Notes under the pieces: model-generated
Told to the model about the DNA's origin: nothing
The model's input: only the letters and a program-made list of their open reading frames with translations
The model's database searches: none
Position numbers and translations under genes: made by a program
Source: an uncultured Azospirillum sp.
GTDB lineage: Bacteria > Pseudomonadota > Alphaproteobacteria > RF32 > CAG-239
Length of the DNA: 64,000 nucleotides
Direction of reading: 5' to 3'
Assembly (NCBI GenBank): GCA_900539605.1
Contig: UQCS01000001.1
Coordinates: forward strand, 17,169-81,168
Part shown: piece by piece, positions 10,326 through 21,679 of the stretch
Layout of the letters: each line of letters begins with the position of its first letter
Position numbering within the stretch: the stretch's first letter is position 1

Positions 10326-13003
10326 TACATTTCTCCCAACAAGTCTTTTAGACGATAAAGCTCATCCAGTGCTTCCCGCGGTGTCAGATTATCGGGGCAA
10401 ACTTCTGCCAGAGCTTTCTCAACCGGCGACGGCGCTTTGTGTTCTTCCTCTTTTTTCAGGTTGGCAAACAACGGCAGATCATCGGCCAGCACCTTAATAT
10501 TTGTGTTCTTCTTGTCGTTTTCCAATGAGGCCAAAACCTGTTCGGCCCGTTTTAACACAACCGCCGGCAACCCGGCCAATTTAGCGACGTGGATACCGTA
10601 AGAACGGTCGGCAGCGCCGTCAATGACTTCATGCAAAAAAATTACTTCATCATTAAACTCTTTAATCCGCATACAATGCAACGACATTTTATGCAGTTTG
10701 TCCACAAGAGAAGTCAGTTCATGATAATGGGTGGCAAAAAGCGCCCGGCAGCGATTGACCTCGTGCAGATGTTCCACCACCGCCCAGGCAATTGACAAAC
10801 CGTCAAAGGTGGCGGTCCCGCGTCCAATTTCGTCCAAGATTACCAGCGAGCGTTCATCCGCCCGGTTTAAGATACTGGCGGTTTCCACCATTTCCACCAT
10901 AAAAGTGGAACGCCCGCGCGCCAAATCGTCGGAAGCGCCGACACGGGAAAACAACTTTCCGACCACACCGATATGCGCGCTTTTAGCCGGAACATACGAA
11001 CCGATCTGTGCCATTACCGCAATAATTGCATTCTGACGCAAAAAAGTCGACTTACCGGCCATGTTGGGACCGGTAATCAGCCAAATATTGCTGTTGTCTC
11101 CGCCCAAACGGCAATCGTTGCCGACAAAAGCCGCACCGTGTTCCCGGGACAGCGATGCCTCCACCACCGGATGACGTCCTTCGGCAATTTCAAAACAAAA
11201 AGAGTCGTCAACCACCGGACGGCAATAATTTTTTTCTGCAGCCAAATCGGCCAAAGCGGCACCGACGTCAAGTTCTGCCAACGCTTTGGCGGTACGGGAT
11301 ATGTCATCGGCAGCAATGCGGATCTCGGTGACCAGCTTGTTAAACAGTTCCAGCTCGGTGGCAAGCGATTTTTCTCCGGCTCCGCGAATTTCATTTTCAA
11401 CTTCGGTCAGTTCCACCGTCGTAAAACGCACCGCATTCAAAACCGACTGGCGATGAATAAAATCTTTGTTCTCCAGCATCTGAGTTGCAAACTTCACCGG
11501 AACTTCCACAAAATAGCCGATCAAATTGTTATACTTGATTTTCAAATTCGCAATTCCGGTCGCAGCGGCATATTTTTCCTGCAACTGCAATATTACCTGT
11601 TGGCTGTTGTTTTTCAGTCTTTTGATTTCATCCAGCGGCGGATAATAGCCTTCGCGAATAAAACCGCCGTCCCGCGACAACAGCGGCAGTTCGTCTTCCA
11701 GCGCTCGTTCCAGCTCGTCAACCAGATTTTCGTGATGCCCCAATCGCGACACAATTTTTTTAAGCGCTTCGGGGAGCGCACCGTCAAGATTACTCTTCGA
11801 CTTGGCAGCCAGAATATTTTTCATTTTCGGCACCGCTGCCAACGTAGCCTTGAGCGCTGCCAGATCGCGCGGACCGCCCCGTTCCAGGCTGAGGCGGGAA
11901 ACCGCCCGTTCAATATCGGGACAGGACTTTAGCAGCAGGCGAAGATCCTGACGAACAAAATCTTCGTTCATAAAAAATTCCACCACATTCAAACGTTCGG
12001 TAATTTCGGCGGTATCAACCAGCGGGCTGGCAATGCGTCCGGCCAGCATCCGCGCCCCGGCGCCGGTAACGGTACGATCAAGCACCGCCAGCAACGAACC
12101 GTTTTTATCACCGGAAGACGATTCCAGCAATTCCAGGCTGCGGCGAGTGGCCCCGTCGATTTCCATCACCTGCTGTTCATAGATTTTGACCGGCTTTTCC
12201 ACCCGCGGCATTTGTCCCTTCTGAGTAGTTTCGACATAATCCATCAAGACGCCGGCAGCGGTGATTTCAGCGCGACTGAAACTGCCGAAAGCATCCAGGG
12301 TTTCTACCTTAAACAGTCGCAGCAGATTGCGGCGGGCGTTCTCGGCGTTAAAGCGCGCCTGCGGCAACACCGACAACTTTTTGCGGTATTCGTTAAAAAG
12401 TTCAAACAGCTTCGGCGATTGCAGATAATTATCAGATATCAGGATTTCTACCGGATTCAGGCGTGACAGCAACCCGCTGACCACGACGGCTTCAGGTTTG
12501 TTCTTCAGCGAGACTTCTTCCAAAAAGAAATCTCCGGTCGACAAATCAAGCCACGAAACGCCCAGTATTTCGCCGGTTTTGGCCAAACTGAGCAAAAAAT
12601 TGTTGCGGCGCGAATCGAGCAGATTATCTTCGGTCAGCGTACCGGCGGTAACCAGACGGATTACATCCCGGCGCACCACCGATTTGGCGCCGCGTTTTTT
12701 GGCCTCTTTGGGATCTTCCATCTGTTCGCAAATCGCCACTTTGAAACCGTGTTTTATCAGCCGCGCCAAATAGGCTTCGTAAGCATGAAAGGGCACCCCG
12801 CACATCGGCACGTCTTCGCCTTCGAGTTTGCCGCGTTTGGTCAGGGCAATATCCAGCGCTTTGGAGGCCTCTACCGCATCGTCAAAAAACATTTCATAAA
12901 AATCGCCCATACGATAAAACAGGAGATAGCCCGGGTAGGCTTTTTTGGTCTCAAGGTACTGTGCCATCATCGGCGTCAAGACGGGTGTTTTTCCTTCTGT
13001 CAT
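10325..13003 (-). CDS. mutS: DNA mismatch repair protein MutS
   Basis: 892 aa; Walker A GPNMAGKST; conserved MutS domains throughout. Confidence 0.95.
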   Translation of the reverse strand: MTEGKTPVLTPMMAQYLETKKAYPGYLLFYRMGDFYEMFFDDAVEASKALDIALTKRGKLEGEDVPMCGVPFHAYEAYLARLIKHGFKVAICEQMEDPKEAKKRGAKSVVRRDVIRLVTAGTLTEDNLLDSRRNNFLLSLAKTGEILGVSWLDLSTGDFFLEEVSLKNKPEAVVVSGLLSRLNPVEILISDNYLQSPKLFELFNEYRKKLSVLPQARFNAENARRNLLRLFKVETLDAFGSFSRAEITAAGVLMDYVETTQKGQMPRVEKPVKIYEQQVMEIDGATRRSLELLESSSGDKNGSLLAVLDRTVTGAGARMLAGRIASPLVDTAEITERLNVVEFFMNEDFVRQDLRLLLKSCPDIERAVSRLSLERGGPRDLAALKATLAAVPKMKNILAAKSKSNLDGALPEALKKIVSRLGHHENLVDELERALEDELPLLSRDGGFIREGYYPPLDEIKRLKNNSQQVILQLQEKYAAATGIANLKIKYNNLIGYFVEVPVKFATQMLENKDFIHRQSVLNAVRFTTVELTEVENEIRGAGEKSLATELELFNKLVTEIRIAADDISRTAKALAELDVGAALADLAAEKNYCRPVVDDSFCFEIAEGRHPVVEASLSREHGAAFVGNDCRLGGDNSNIWLITGPNMAGKSTFLRQNAIIAVMAQIGSYVPAKSAHIGVVGKLFSRVGASDDLARGRSTFMVEMVETASILNRADERSLVILDEIGRGTATFDGLSIAWAVVEHLHEVNRCRALFATHYHELTSLVDKLHKMSLHCMRIKEFNDEVIFLHEVIDGAADRSYGIHVAKLAGLPAVVLKRAEQVLASLENDKKNTNIKVLADDLPLFANLKKEEEHKAPSPVEKALAEVCPDNLTPREALDELYRLKDLLGEM

Positions 13004-13108
13004 AGTCTGCTTTTACCATTCGATATTTAACAAATTTAAACGTATTGTATTATATATTACTATTATCAGTAGTCTATCTTTTTTTAACACACTTCAAGGA
13101 TTATTACC

Positions 13109-14569
13109 ATGTTTCACAAGCGCCGGAGCAAGCTTTTCGAAATTGAAAAGGATACCAACTTCGCCAACCGCATTCTGGCGCTGTCGATGCCGCCGGCAAT
13201 GGTATTTATCATGCTGGTGGCCCTGAAACTGCTGCCGGCAAGCATTGCAGTGATGGCCTATGCCTCAATTATCTTATTTAACATCGTGTGGCTGTTTCCG
13301 CTCACTTTTGAACTACAACAGATCCGCAAATACATTTTTCGCCTCTCCAAAGAAGAAAACGTTGCCGATCAGGATTTTGACCTTACCGAAAGCGATACCC
13401 GGCAAATTGTAACCGCCGTTAACGAAATGCACCGTTTTTGGACCGAAAAGGCCGAAAAACTGGAAGCACAGACAATATCCGACACCGCCGTCCTCGATAC
13501 CCTGCCCGATCCGATTTTAATGATTGACCGTTCCGGCAACATTCTCGGTGCCAACATTTCCGCCCGCAATCTGCTCGGCGACAACATTACCGATTGCAAA
13601 GTGGAAACTATTTTCTCCTCCAACAATTTTATCAATGCGGTCGGAAGAGTGCTGCGCTCGGAAAGCGAATCAGAAAACCTGATTTTTTACGTCGACCGCG
13701 GCAACAAAGCCGGCAATCAGGAAAACATGCAAAAACTGTATGCTCATATTAAACAGCTGCCGTGGATTTCCAAAGGACGCGCGGTTGCTGTGATTTCGCT
13801 GTATGATTTTGCCAAAGCCACCAAAATCGAAAAAATGCAGTCCGACTTTGTGGCCAACGCCAGTCATGAACTGCGTACGCCGCTGTCGGTTATTTCCGGC
13901 TTTATCGAAACCCTTCAGACCTCGGCCAGAGACGATGAAAACGCCCGCGATACTTTTCTTAAAATCATGAGCGAGCAAGCCGCTTACATGTCAATGCTGA
14001 TCGAAAACCTGCTCTCGCTTTCCAAAATCGAAATGACACAAGACCAGGCGCCGGAAGAAAAAATCAGCCTTGCCCCGATTGCCGAAGACGTTACCAACGC
14101 CCTGATGCTGAAAGCACGCGCACGCAATGTCAAATTTGAATTGAACATTGCACCCGACCTGCCGGAAATAACTGCTGACTACGGGCAAATAAGGCAGTTG
14201 GTGCAAAACTTGTGCGACAACGCCATCAAATACGGCGAAGAAAATACCGCCATCACCGTATCGGTCCACACTGCCGAAACCGTGCCGCCTTCCAAGAGCT
14301 ATGAAGTCGCCGGCGGCAGGGCGGTCGTGATCGCCGTTCACAACTTCGGCGAAAAGATATCCGACCAGTATATCTCCCGTCTGACCGAACGATTTTACCG
14401 CATGCAGACCCATAAGAACAAAAATATTAAAGGCTCGGGCCTGGGACTGGCCATCGCCAAACACATCCTGATCCGCCACCGCGGGAATATGCGCGTAACA
14501 TCCACAACCGCCGACGGAACCACCTTTGCGGTTTATCTGCCGGTGGAACAAAGCTGCCCCACCGTTTAA
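13109..14569 (+). CDS. Sensor histidine kinase (TM + PAS-like + HisKA + HATPase)
   Basis: N-terminal TM helices; H-box ASHELRTPLS; G-boxes GSGLGLAIAKH. Confidence 0.85.
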   Translation: MFHKRRSKLFEIEKDTNFANRILALSMPPAMVFIMLVALKLLPASIAVMAYASIILFNIVWLFPLTFELQQIRKYIFRLSKEENVADQDFDLTESDTRQIVTAVNEMHRFWTEKAEKLEAQTISDTAVLDTLPDPILMIDRSGNILGANISARNLLGDNITDCKVETIFSSNNFINAVGRVLRSESESENLIFYVDRGNKAGNQENMQKLYAHIKQLPWISKGRAVAVISLYDFAKATKIEKMQSDFVANASHELRTPLSVISGFIETLQTSARDDENARDTFLKIMSEQAAYMSMLIENLLSLSKIEMTQDQAPEEKISLAPIAEDVTNALMLKARARNVKFELNIAPDLPEITADYGQIRQLVQNLCDNAIKYGEENTAITVSVHTAETVPPSKSYEVAGGRAVVIAVHNFGEKISDQYISRLTERFYRMQTHKNKNIKGSGLGLAIAKHILIRHRGNMRVTSTTADGTTFAVYLPVEQSCPTV

Positions 14570-14576
14570 CTTGGAC

Positions 14577-16322
14577 TCAGCCTTCTATTTCGGGCGAAGG
14601 ATAAATAATCAGCGGCTGACCGGCGTCAACGTCGTCTTCCAGCTCCACTTTTTCTTCCACCAGCGGCAGCTTATAAAAGTGAATAAAGGTGACCGGTTTC
14701 ATCTCGGTCGCTTTTTCGATTTTGCGCCGTACCTGCACCCGGATATAGTCGAGAATTGCCGTTTCTCTATAGTGCAGTCCTGCCACTACATCGGGCAAAG
14801 CCTCCGAAACGTCTTCAACAATTTGATCACGCAGGGCGGCAAACGCATCAGGTTCCAAAATGTCTTTCGAAGATATTCGCAACGCAATCAATTCCCACTT
14901 TTCACCGAAAATAACACTGATAAACACACTGCCGTTATAGGCAATCTGCTTGCGCCGTTTAACCACCTCGGAATTGAGTGACACAATCTCCGTCCGGTCC
15001 ACCGCCAGCGTATCGGTCGGAATAGTGCCGACAATTTTGGCCTGGTCTCCTTTAAGTTGCAGTACATCGCCGTTTTCCATGCTCATGACTTGCTTAATGC
15101 CGCATTCGGTCGCAAAACGCTTATGTTCGCGAATAAACTTCTTGTCACCGTGAACGGGCAGCACCAGCCGCGGTTTCAGAATCTGATACATTTTGCAAAT
15201 TTCTTCTTTGCTGCCATGGCCGGAGGTATGAACCAGTTCATCGCGGTCGGTAATCACATTGACCCCCTGAGCAATCAGTTTTTCCTGCATTTCACTGATT
15301 TTTTCTTCGTTGCCGGGAATAATTTTGGACGAGAAAATCACCGTATCCCCTTTGCCTAATTTAACGTAGCGACTCTGGTTGTTGACAATTGAAGTCAGGG
15401 CGGAACGATAATTGGCCTGTGATCCGGTACAGATATAAAGCGCATTGTCCGAAGGAATGTCAACCGCCTCTTTAATATCGTAGCAACGCGGCATCTCCTT
15501 GAAGTATCCGATTTCTTTGGCTACTTTCATATTGTTAAGCAAACTACGACCAATCAAAATCGGCGTCCGTCCGGCGGCATCTGCAGCCAAAATGAGACTT
15601 TCCAAACGGGTCAGGTTAGAGGCAAAACAAGTCGCCACAACTGTTTTTTTCAAACCCGGAATCAATTTCATCAGGCATTGCCGCACCTCAAATTCACTCG
15701 GCAAAGCGGTTTCGACTTCAATGTTGGTCGAATCGCAGACAAACATATCCACGCCGTGCTTTCCGGCATTTTCCAAACTTTCATAATCAGTTTGCAGAAT
15801 TTTCAACGCGCTGTCATCAAAACGCCAGTCGGTCGCATGGACCACCGTTTTATCGGCGGCCTTAATCACCAACGCCGCCGTCTCGGGCACCGAATGGACC
15901 ACCGGTACAAATTCAACCGAAAAATTTGCCGTTTTTATTGTCTGATGTCCCGCCATCGGATTAAGCGGCACCTGTCCGTCCAGTTTGCACTCCCGCAGAC
16001 GGTTGCGAATCAGTCCCAACGCAAACTCGCTGCCGTAAACCGGGCATTTCAGCAGCGGCCATACCTGAGCCACCGCACCGAAATGGTCTTCGTGAGCGTG
16101 GGTAATAAAAATTCCTTCAAAATCCTCAGCATAGTTGGCAAAGAACGAAGCATCGGCAAAACAAAGATCCATTCCGGGATAGTTATCGTTCAAAAAACCG
16201 TAACCGGCATCCACCATAATGAACTTGCCGTTGTGGGCATATATATACATATTCATGCCGATTTCGTCGGCACCGCCGAGGGTTATAAAATACAGTCCCT
16301 CTTTTTCAAATTTATTAATCAT
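14577..16322 (-). CDS. rnj: Ribonuclease J (metallo-beta-lactamase family)
   Basis: HAHEDHFG motif; RNase J architecture. Likely start is M at 16322 (MINKFEKEGLYFITLGG); the ORF track gives 16364. Confidence 0.85.
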   Translation of the reverse strand: MINKFEKEGLYFITLGGADEIGMNMYIYAHNGKFIMVDAGYGFLNDNYPGMDLCFADASFFANYAEDFEGIFITHAHEDHFGAVAQVWPLLKCPVYGSEFALGLIRNRLRECKLDGQVPLNPMAGHQTIKTANFSVEFVPVVHSVPETAALVIKAADKTVVHATDWRFDDSALKILQTDYESLENAGKHGVDMFVCDSTNIEVETALPSEFEVRQCLMKLIPGLKKTVVATCFASNLTRLESLILAADAAGRTPILIGRSLLNNMKVAKEIGYFKEMPRCYDIKEAVDIPSDNALYICTGSQANYRSALTSIVNNQSRYVKLGKGDTVIFSSKIIPGNEEKISEMQEKLIAQGVNVITDRDELVHTSGHGSKEEICKMYQILKPRLVLPVHGDKKFIREHKRFATECGIKQVMSMENGDVLQLKGDQAKIVGTIPTDTLAVDRTEIVSLNSEVVKRRKQIAYNGSVFISVIFGEKWELIALRISSKDILEPDAFAALRDQIVEDVSEALPDVVAGLHYRETAILDYIRVQVRRKIEKATEMKPVTFIHFYKLPLVEEKVELEDDVDAGQPLIIYPSPEIEG

Positions 16323-17040
16323 TTTCTCTTTTTCTTTCATCTTCAAAAAATACATCTCCGGCACTGATAACTTCCCGGCCGGCGGGCGTTTGCAAAATCA
16401 GCATCCCCTGATCGTCAAGACCGGTAAAAATGCCGCTTTTTTCTTCTTTGGCGGTACGTACGCAAATTCGGTCGCCGATCCCTTTGGCATAAGACTGCCA
16501 TAATGCGGCAACCGCTTCGGTTCCTTTTTGTGTCCATAAGGCGTACAATCCGTCAAAGCAGTTAAGATATTTCTCCATAAATGTCCGGCGATCGGTAACT
16601 ATTCCGGCCTGCAGCAGGCTGGTCACCCGGTAAAGGGTTCCGTTCTCCGGTGCGGCTTTCAAATTGACGCCGATCCCGATAATCATATAATCACCGACAC
16701 CTTTTTCTAACAGAATACCTGATATTTTAGCACCGGTTAACAAGACATCGTTGGGCCATTTAAGAACGACATCGGCCGCCGGATCAAGTTCTTTTACCGC
16801 CTGCAAAAGCGCCAACCCGGAAATGAGTACCAAAGCGCCGCAGTTTGCCAGATCAAAAGGCAGTGCCATCGATAAAAATAAATTGCCTTCCAAACTCTGC
16901 CAGTTGCGCCCGCGGCGCCCGCGACCGGCAGTCTGTCTTTCAGCCGTAACCGCCAAACAGCACCCGGCAGCCGCGGCAGACAAACGTATTGCTTCGTCGT
17001 TGGTGCTTTCCAGCTCGTCATATTCAAAACATTGCCACAT
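16315..17040 (-). CDS. birA: Biotin--[acetyl-CoA-carboxylase] ligase (no N-terminal HTH)
   Basis: GRGRRGRNW biotin-binding motif; 241 aa. Confidence 0.8.
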   Translation of the reverse strand: MWQCFEYDELESTNDEAIRLSAAAAGCCLAVTAERQTAGRGRRGRNWQSLEGNLFLSMALPFDLANCGALVLISGLALLQAVKELDPAADVVLKWPNDVLLTGAKISGILLEKGVGDYMIIGIGVNLKAAPENGTLYRVTSLLQAGIVTDRRTFMEKYLNCFDGLYALWTQKGTEAVAALWQSYAKGIGDRICVRTAKEEKSGIFTGLDDQGMLILQTPAGREVISAGDVFFEDERKREND

Positions 17041-17056
17041 CTCCGGGGCTCCTCAA

Positions 17057-18475
17057 TTACAAAATTGCCACCAGCATCATTTCAACATCGTGCATCAGAT
17101 ATTTGGGATTTAACACAGTGATTGCGATCAGCAGTATATTAACCGCCAAGTATATATACACCCCTTTGTCGACTCTGTCAAAGCTAATGTTGCGCGGCTC
17201 AAAATAGATAACGGTGATGATTTTGAGATAGGCATAGACCAAAATCAGCATCGAAAACGCAATCACTGCCATCAAACCATAGCTGCCTCCGGTCACCAGA
17301 GCATTGATTACCGACAGTTTGCCTAAAAAACCCAAAAGCGGCGGCGTGCCGATCAGAGAAATCATATACACCAGCAACGCGGCGGCCACAAACGGCCGCT
17401 GAGTCGAAAGTCCGCGGATTTCGCTCAATTCCCGCAAATATTCTCCCTTGCTGCGACAACCGAAAAACACCGTATACACACCAAAAATCGCCATGATATA
17501 TACCAACAGATAGATAAAAGCGCCGAGCAGGCTCTGATCATTGACATCCGCCGCCGCAATAATCAGAACACCGGTATAATAAAGACTGGCATAGGCAAAG
17601 ATACGACGCAGGTTATCTTCGCTGTTAGCACCGATCGCACCGATAAAGACCGACAATACGCCAAACACCAGCAATGCCGGCATAAACCAGTCATAAAGGG
17701 GATAAAAAACGTTGACAATCAAATTGATCAGGCAGGCAAAATAAGCAAACACCGGTACTACCGTCAAATAGCCGCCCACCGGCAAAATAGCGCCTGAGAC
17801 CACTTCGGCAAACCAAAAATGAAACGGCGCCACCCCCAGCGCAAACAAGAAAAATATCATTATCAGCACAAACGAAACTTCAATCTGCCATCCCGGAGAA
17901 GGCGTTTGGTTCAGAAAATCTTCCAACCCGGCATAATCGACCATACCCGCATAATGCTGCAATGCGGTGACGCCGGCGGCCAGAGCGGCCGAAAACAGAA
18001 AGGCAAACAGCAGATAACGGCGAAAGCGCGGATAAAACTGTTCTTCGGCATCAATTTTCAACAGAGGATAATTGAGTAGTTGACAAGGAATTAAGGCCGC
18101 GGCCAGCACCCACAGAGAACGGGCGGAAATGGCCAGCGAAAAGCAGAGCAGATAGAACAATATCAAAAAGTAAAAAGCAAAGCTGGAGATGTTACGGCTT
18201 TGAAAACGTTTCAGCGACAACGAGCTCCACCACAAGGTGAAAATGCAGATAATCACTTTAAACAAGGTTGTATAATTATTGTTGCTGAAATATGTGCCGG
18301 CGTTTTGATTATAAAAAACCGCTGTCAGTATCATTGTTACGACAATTGTCCATTTGGCCATCGTAAAAAAGGTTCTCGGCGTGTTGCCGCGGCGCAACCC
18401 GCGTACCGCCAAGCTCAAGATCATTCCGAGGATTAAAACAACTTCCGGCAACAAAGCAATATAATTAACCAGCAT
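17057..18475 (-). CDS. nuoN: NADH-quinone oxidoreductase subunit N
   Basis: Polytopic antiporter-like subunit; third in the L-M-N order. Confidence 0.85.
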   Translation of the reverse strand: MLVNYIALLPEVVLILGMILSLAVRGLRRGNTPRTFFTMAKWTIVVTMILTAVFYNQNAGTYFSNNNYTTLFKVIICIFTLWWSSLSLKRFQSRNISSFAFYFLILFYLLCFSLAISARSLWVLAAALIPCQLLNYPLLKIDAEEQFYPRFRRYLLFAFLFSAALAAGVTALQHYAGMVDYAGLEDFLNQTPSPGWQIEVSFVLIMIFFLFALGVAPFHFWFAEVVSGAILPVGGYLTVVPVFAYFACLINLIVNVFYPLYDWFMPALLVFGVLSVFIGAIGANSEDNLRRIFAYASLYYTGVLIIAAADVNDQSLLGAFIYLLVYIMAIFGVYTVFFGCRSKGEYLRELSEIRGLSTQRPFVAAALLVYMISLIGTPPLLGFLGKLSVINALVTGGSYGLMAVIAFSMLILVYAYLKIITVIYFEPRNISFDRVDKGVYIYLAVNILLIAITVLNPKYLMHDVEMMLVAIL

Positions 18476-18484
18476 ATTTTTCTC

Positions 18485-19927
18485 CTAACCGATAAACCAC
18501 AACGGATTGACGAATGACAAAATCAACAGCGCCGCCGTCAACAGCATTACCGCAAAAATCCGCGGCGAAATATCAGCCGCCGTGCATTCGCCGTTCAAAA
18601 CCGGCAAGGCTTCTTCGGTGTCGGGCGGATACTTAAGATAAAACAACTGTTGCAGCAAACTGACCGAACTTAAGATAATCGCCAACAAAATACAAACAGC
18701 CATTTGGATATTAAATTTCAACAATCCGGCAAAAATTACCATATTATTTAAAAACATTGATGACAACGGCATACCGATGGCGGCCAAAATCAAAAAAGAG
18801 AACACCCACGACGTACGGCGAATGTTGCATAAAATGCCGCATTCGCTGATCTCGTTGCATTGACGTTCGTTATCAATATGGGCAACCATCACTTCCAGCG
18901 CTGCCATAATGATCAGATAAGAAAAGAGCGAAAAGCCAATATTCATCAACAGGGCATCAGTCGGCAATAAGGCCCCCAGCAGATACATAATGTAATAAAC
19001 CGTCATGTAGGCAAATATTTTGTATTGGATATCACGCTTGGCAAACCCGATCAGCGCAATCATCAGCATGGTTACGATACTGATGACTTCCAAAACCAGC
19101 AGGTAGGGATCCAGCGCTTCCGGCGCATTAACCGGAAAAAAGCGTACCAGACCGTAAACACCGCTCAATGGAATAAGGTTGGCAATGATAAAGACCAGCG
19201 GGTTGGAGATGTTGACGTTTACCGAAGCGATCCAATAATGAAACGGCCAAACCGGAATCCGCGACAAAAAAGCAATAAAAATGGAACCCCACACCAACAC
19301 TTCCCATCGTTGTCCCAAAACAATCCGGCTGACTTCACGGATACTGACGTTCTGATAATTGTATAAAACCACCAGCGCAATAAACAAAAATACCGCACCC
19401 AGCAGATTATAGAGAAAAAACCGATACAGCACCGGCTGTTTTTTGATATCGCCGAATATCCCGATCAACATGAACAACGGCAACAGCATTGCCTCAAAAA
19501 AGATATAAAAAGAAAAGAAATCGGATGCCAGAAAATAACCGCTGATCATGCTGAGAAACATCAGCGAAAAGACGATCAAAGCCTTTTGACGGTAGGTATT
19601 GTGACGAACCCCGATCATACCCAGCAAAACCGCCAAATGAACGGCGGCGATCAGCATCAGGGAAAAAATATCTATGCCAAAGACCAACTCAATTTTCGGA
19701 TTTTCGAGCCAGTTAAATTTTTCCACCACCTGCCAGCCGTCTTTGCTGACGTCAACCTGCAATGCAGTACGCCACAAGACCACCAGATTGGAAAGAACGG
19801 TAAAGATACCGACCGCGAGAGCATTTCCCGCCGTTTTACGGGCGCCCTCGCGCGAAAGCGAAGCAAACAGCGCACCCAACAACGGCACCATAATGACGGC
19901 ATTTACCAGTGAACTCAGATTTTCCAT
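18485..19927 (-). CDS. nuoM: NADH-quinone oxidoreductase subunit M
   Basis: Polytopic antiporter-like subunit, about 480 aa, middle of L-M-N. Confidence 0.85.
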   Translation of the reverse strand: MENLSSLVNAVIMVPLLGALFASLSREGARKTAGNALAVGIFTVLSNLVVLWRTALQVDVSKDGWQVVEKFNWLENPKIELVFGIDIFSLMLIAAVHLAVLLGMIGVRHNTYRQKALIVFSLMFLSMISGYFLASDFFSFYIFFEAMLLPLFMLIGIFGDIKKQPVLYRFFLYNLLGAVFLFIALVVLYNYQNVSIREVSRIVLGQRWEVLVWGSIFIAFLSRIPVWPFHYWIASVNVNISNPLVFIIANLIPLSGVYGLVRFFPVNAPEALDPYLLVLEVISIVTMLMIALIGFAKRDIQYKIFAYMTVYYIMYLLGALLPTDALLMNIGFSLFSYLIIMAALEVMVAHIDNERQCNEISECGILCNIRRTSWVFSFLILAAIGMPLSSMFLNNMVIFAGLLKFNIQMAVCILLAIILSSVSLLQQLFYLKYPPDTEEALPVLNGECTAADISPRIFAVMLLTAALLILSFVNPLWFIG

Positions 19928-19930
19928 TTG

Positions 19931-21583
19931 TCAGCCTCCATAACGCCAACTCCACCAGATCACCGCAAATCCCAGCAGAACAAACAAAACTGCCCCACCC
20001 AAAGTCCCAGAATGGATGCGACGGAAGATAAAAATCATAAATCTCAGTGCGTTTTGAACCGAATTGATGATGGTTCTTTCAATAAAAATGAAGTCCACCG
20101 TCAACCACAAGACCCGACCGATAACCTTTACCGGTGTAATAATCAGCCATTCGTAAAGCGCATTCATATAATCTGCTTCCTGTACGATATCACTCTCATA
20201 CCAGCGGTCCAGTTGACGCAGGGGGCGCACCGCAAATAACAACAGCCAGCCGCTCAACACCGGAACCAAATAAAACGGTGCAATCCGAAAATAATACCCC
20301 ATTCCGGCAGCCATGCACGCCGCCGGCAGCCACATCAATGCCGGAGGATTATGCAGCATCGCCTGCACCCGTTCGTCAGCATGACTTTCTCCAAGCAAAA
20401 TCTGACCGATAATCTGAGAAGACACGAGACCAAACAATACAATATAACCCCACACCAACCAGAGGTTGTCCGGCTGCAACATCAACAGTGCACTGAAATA
20501 AGCCGATAAAATCGCGACAATGAGCAAAAAAGTGAATTTGAGGTTTTTGATAAAACCGCCCATTTCCGACACCATGTTTTCATTTGAGGCAGCAACGCTA
20601 ATCAACAATAAAATTTGGCTGAACAAAAACGCCGCCATCAGAAGCATGGCAAAATCCAAAGAAGCCAGCCGGCTGCCAAAAGCCGCAAAAGCATATACCA
20701 GTCCCCAAAACATCAGAGCAAAATAAACCGCCTTCTGACGGAGATTATCAATAATCAGCGCTCCGTAAACACCCCACAAAATCGAAGCCAGCGCAAATAT
20801 TTTCAATAACGGGTACGAATAGGCTGAAATCGTCAAAAGCGACTCGGTTTTTAACAACAACAGATAGCCGGTTAGCGGTGTGGCGGTAAATACAATTAAA
20901 TTCAGGCGGTTAAAACCCAGCAACCGAAGGCCGACATAAGTTCCCTGAAACAAAAACAGACCGGTTTTAATAAAAATGCACAACAGCAGCATAATGGCCA
21001 CAAAGTCTTTATGATGACCGAGTCGTGCATAATCGGCCAACGGTCCGAGCTCAATATTGCCGCTTTGCCCCAAAATAACCGCAAAAATGCTTACCAAGCC
21101 GATATCAGCTAAAAAGTTGGCATAAATATACCTTTTTTTGGCTTCGACTTTATTAATAATACTGAACACCAGCACATCGGAAACCCCCACCGCCACCAGC
21201 ATTTGAATATAGTTTGCCGCAAAAACAAGCATCAGGGCAGACAACAAATTAAGCAGCACCAGACCGTTTAAAGCATTTTTGGCAGTTTCGGAACCAAAAG
21301 TGTTTTGCATCAATACCAACAAGGCCAAAACCAACAATGCCGACACCAGATAAATATTGTGAGCATTAATCGTAATTTCGAGATTTATCGACAGATTAGG
21401 AATTTTGAGCCACGGATAAACCAGCCGAAAGTCGGGGGCTGCCCCCAGCAGATAAAGCCGGTAAATGAAATACATGACCGCCGCGGAAGAAAATAACGAC
21501 CATAAAACCGGCAGCCGGTTTTTCGGAACCAGTTCCGAAACCAGTCCGGCACCTAAAATCAAAAAGAGCAAATTTACCAGCAT
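19931..21583 (-). CDS. nuoL: NADH-quinone oxidoreductase subunit L
   Basis: Largest antiporter-like subunit, first of L-M-N. Confidence 0.85.
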   Translation of the reverse strand: MLVNLLFLILGAGLVSELVPKNRLPVLWSLFSSAAVMYFIYRLYLLGAAPDFRLVYPWLKIPNLSINLEITINAHNIYLVSALLVLALLVLMQNTFGSETAKNALNGLVLLNLLSALMLVFAANYIQMLVAVGVSDVLVFSIINKVEAKKRYIYANFLADIGLVSIFAVILGQSGNIELGPLADYARLGHHKDFVAIMLLLCIFIKTGLFLFQGTYVGLRLLGFNRLNLIVFTATPLTGYLLLLKTESLLTISAYSYPLLKIFALASILWGVYGALIIDNLRQKAVYFALMFWGLVYAFAAFGSRLASLDFAMLLMAAFLFSQILLLISVAASNENMVSEMGGFIKNLKFTFLLIVAILSAYFSALLMLQPDNLWLVWGYIVLFGLVSSQIIGQILLGESHADERVQAMLHNPPALMWLPAACMAAGMGYYFRIAPFYLVPVLSGWLLLFAVRPLRQLDRWYESDIVQEADYMNALYEWLIITPVKVIGRVLWLTVDFIFIERTIINSVQNALRFMIFIFRRIHSGTLGGAVLFVLLGFAVIWWSWRYGG

Positions 21584-21679
21584 ATATTCTTCCGTCTTTT
21601 TATACTACAGCTGTACATAATAACAAGAAATAAGGGCTTTTAAAGCCCTCATCCAAATTATCGTTTATCACCGCCCGTT

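Noticed and set aside
10973-11932. 319-aa + strand ORF inside mutS
   Set aside because: Antisense of a well-supported MutS gene.
13991-14551. 186-aa minus ORF
   Set aside because: Antisense of the histidine kinase gene.
15678-16367. 229-aa + ORF
   Set aside because: Antisense of RNase J.
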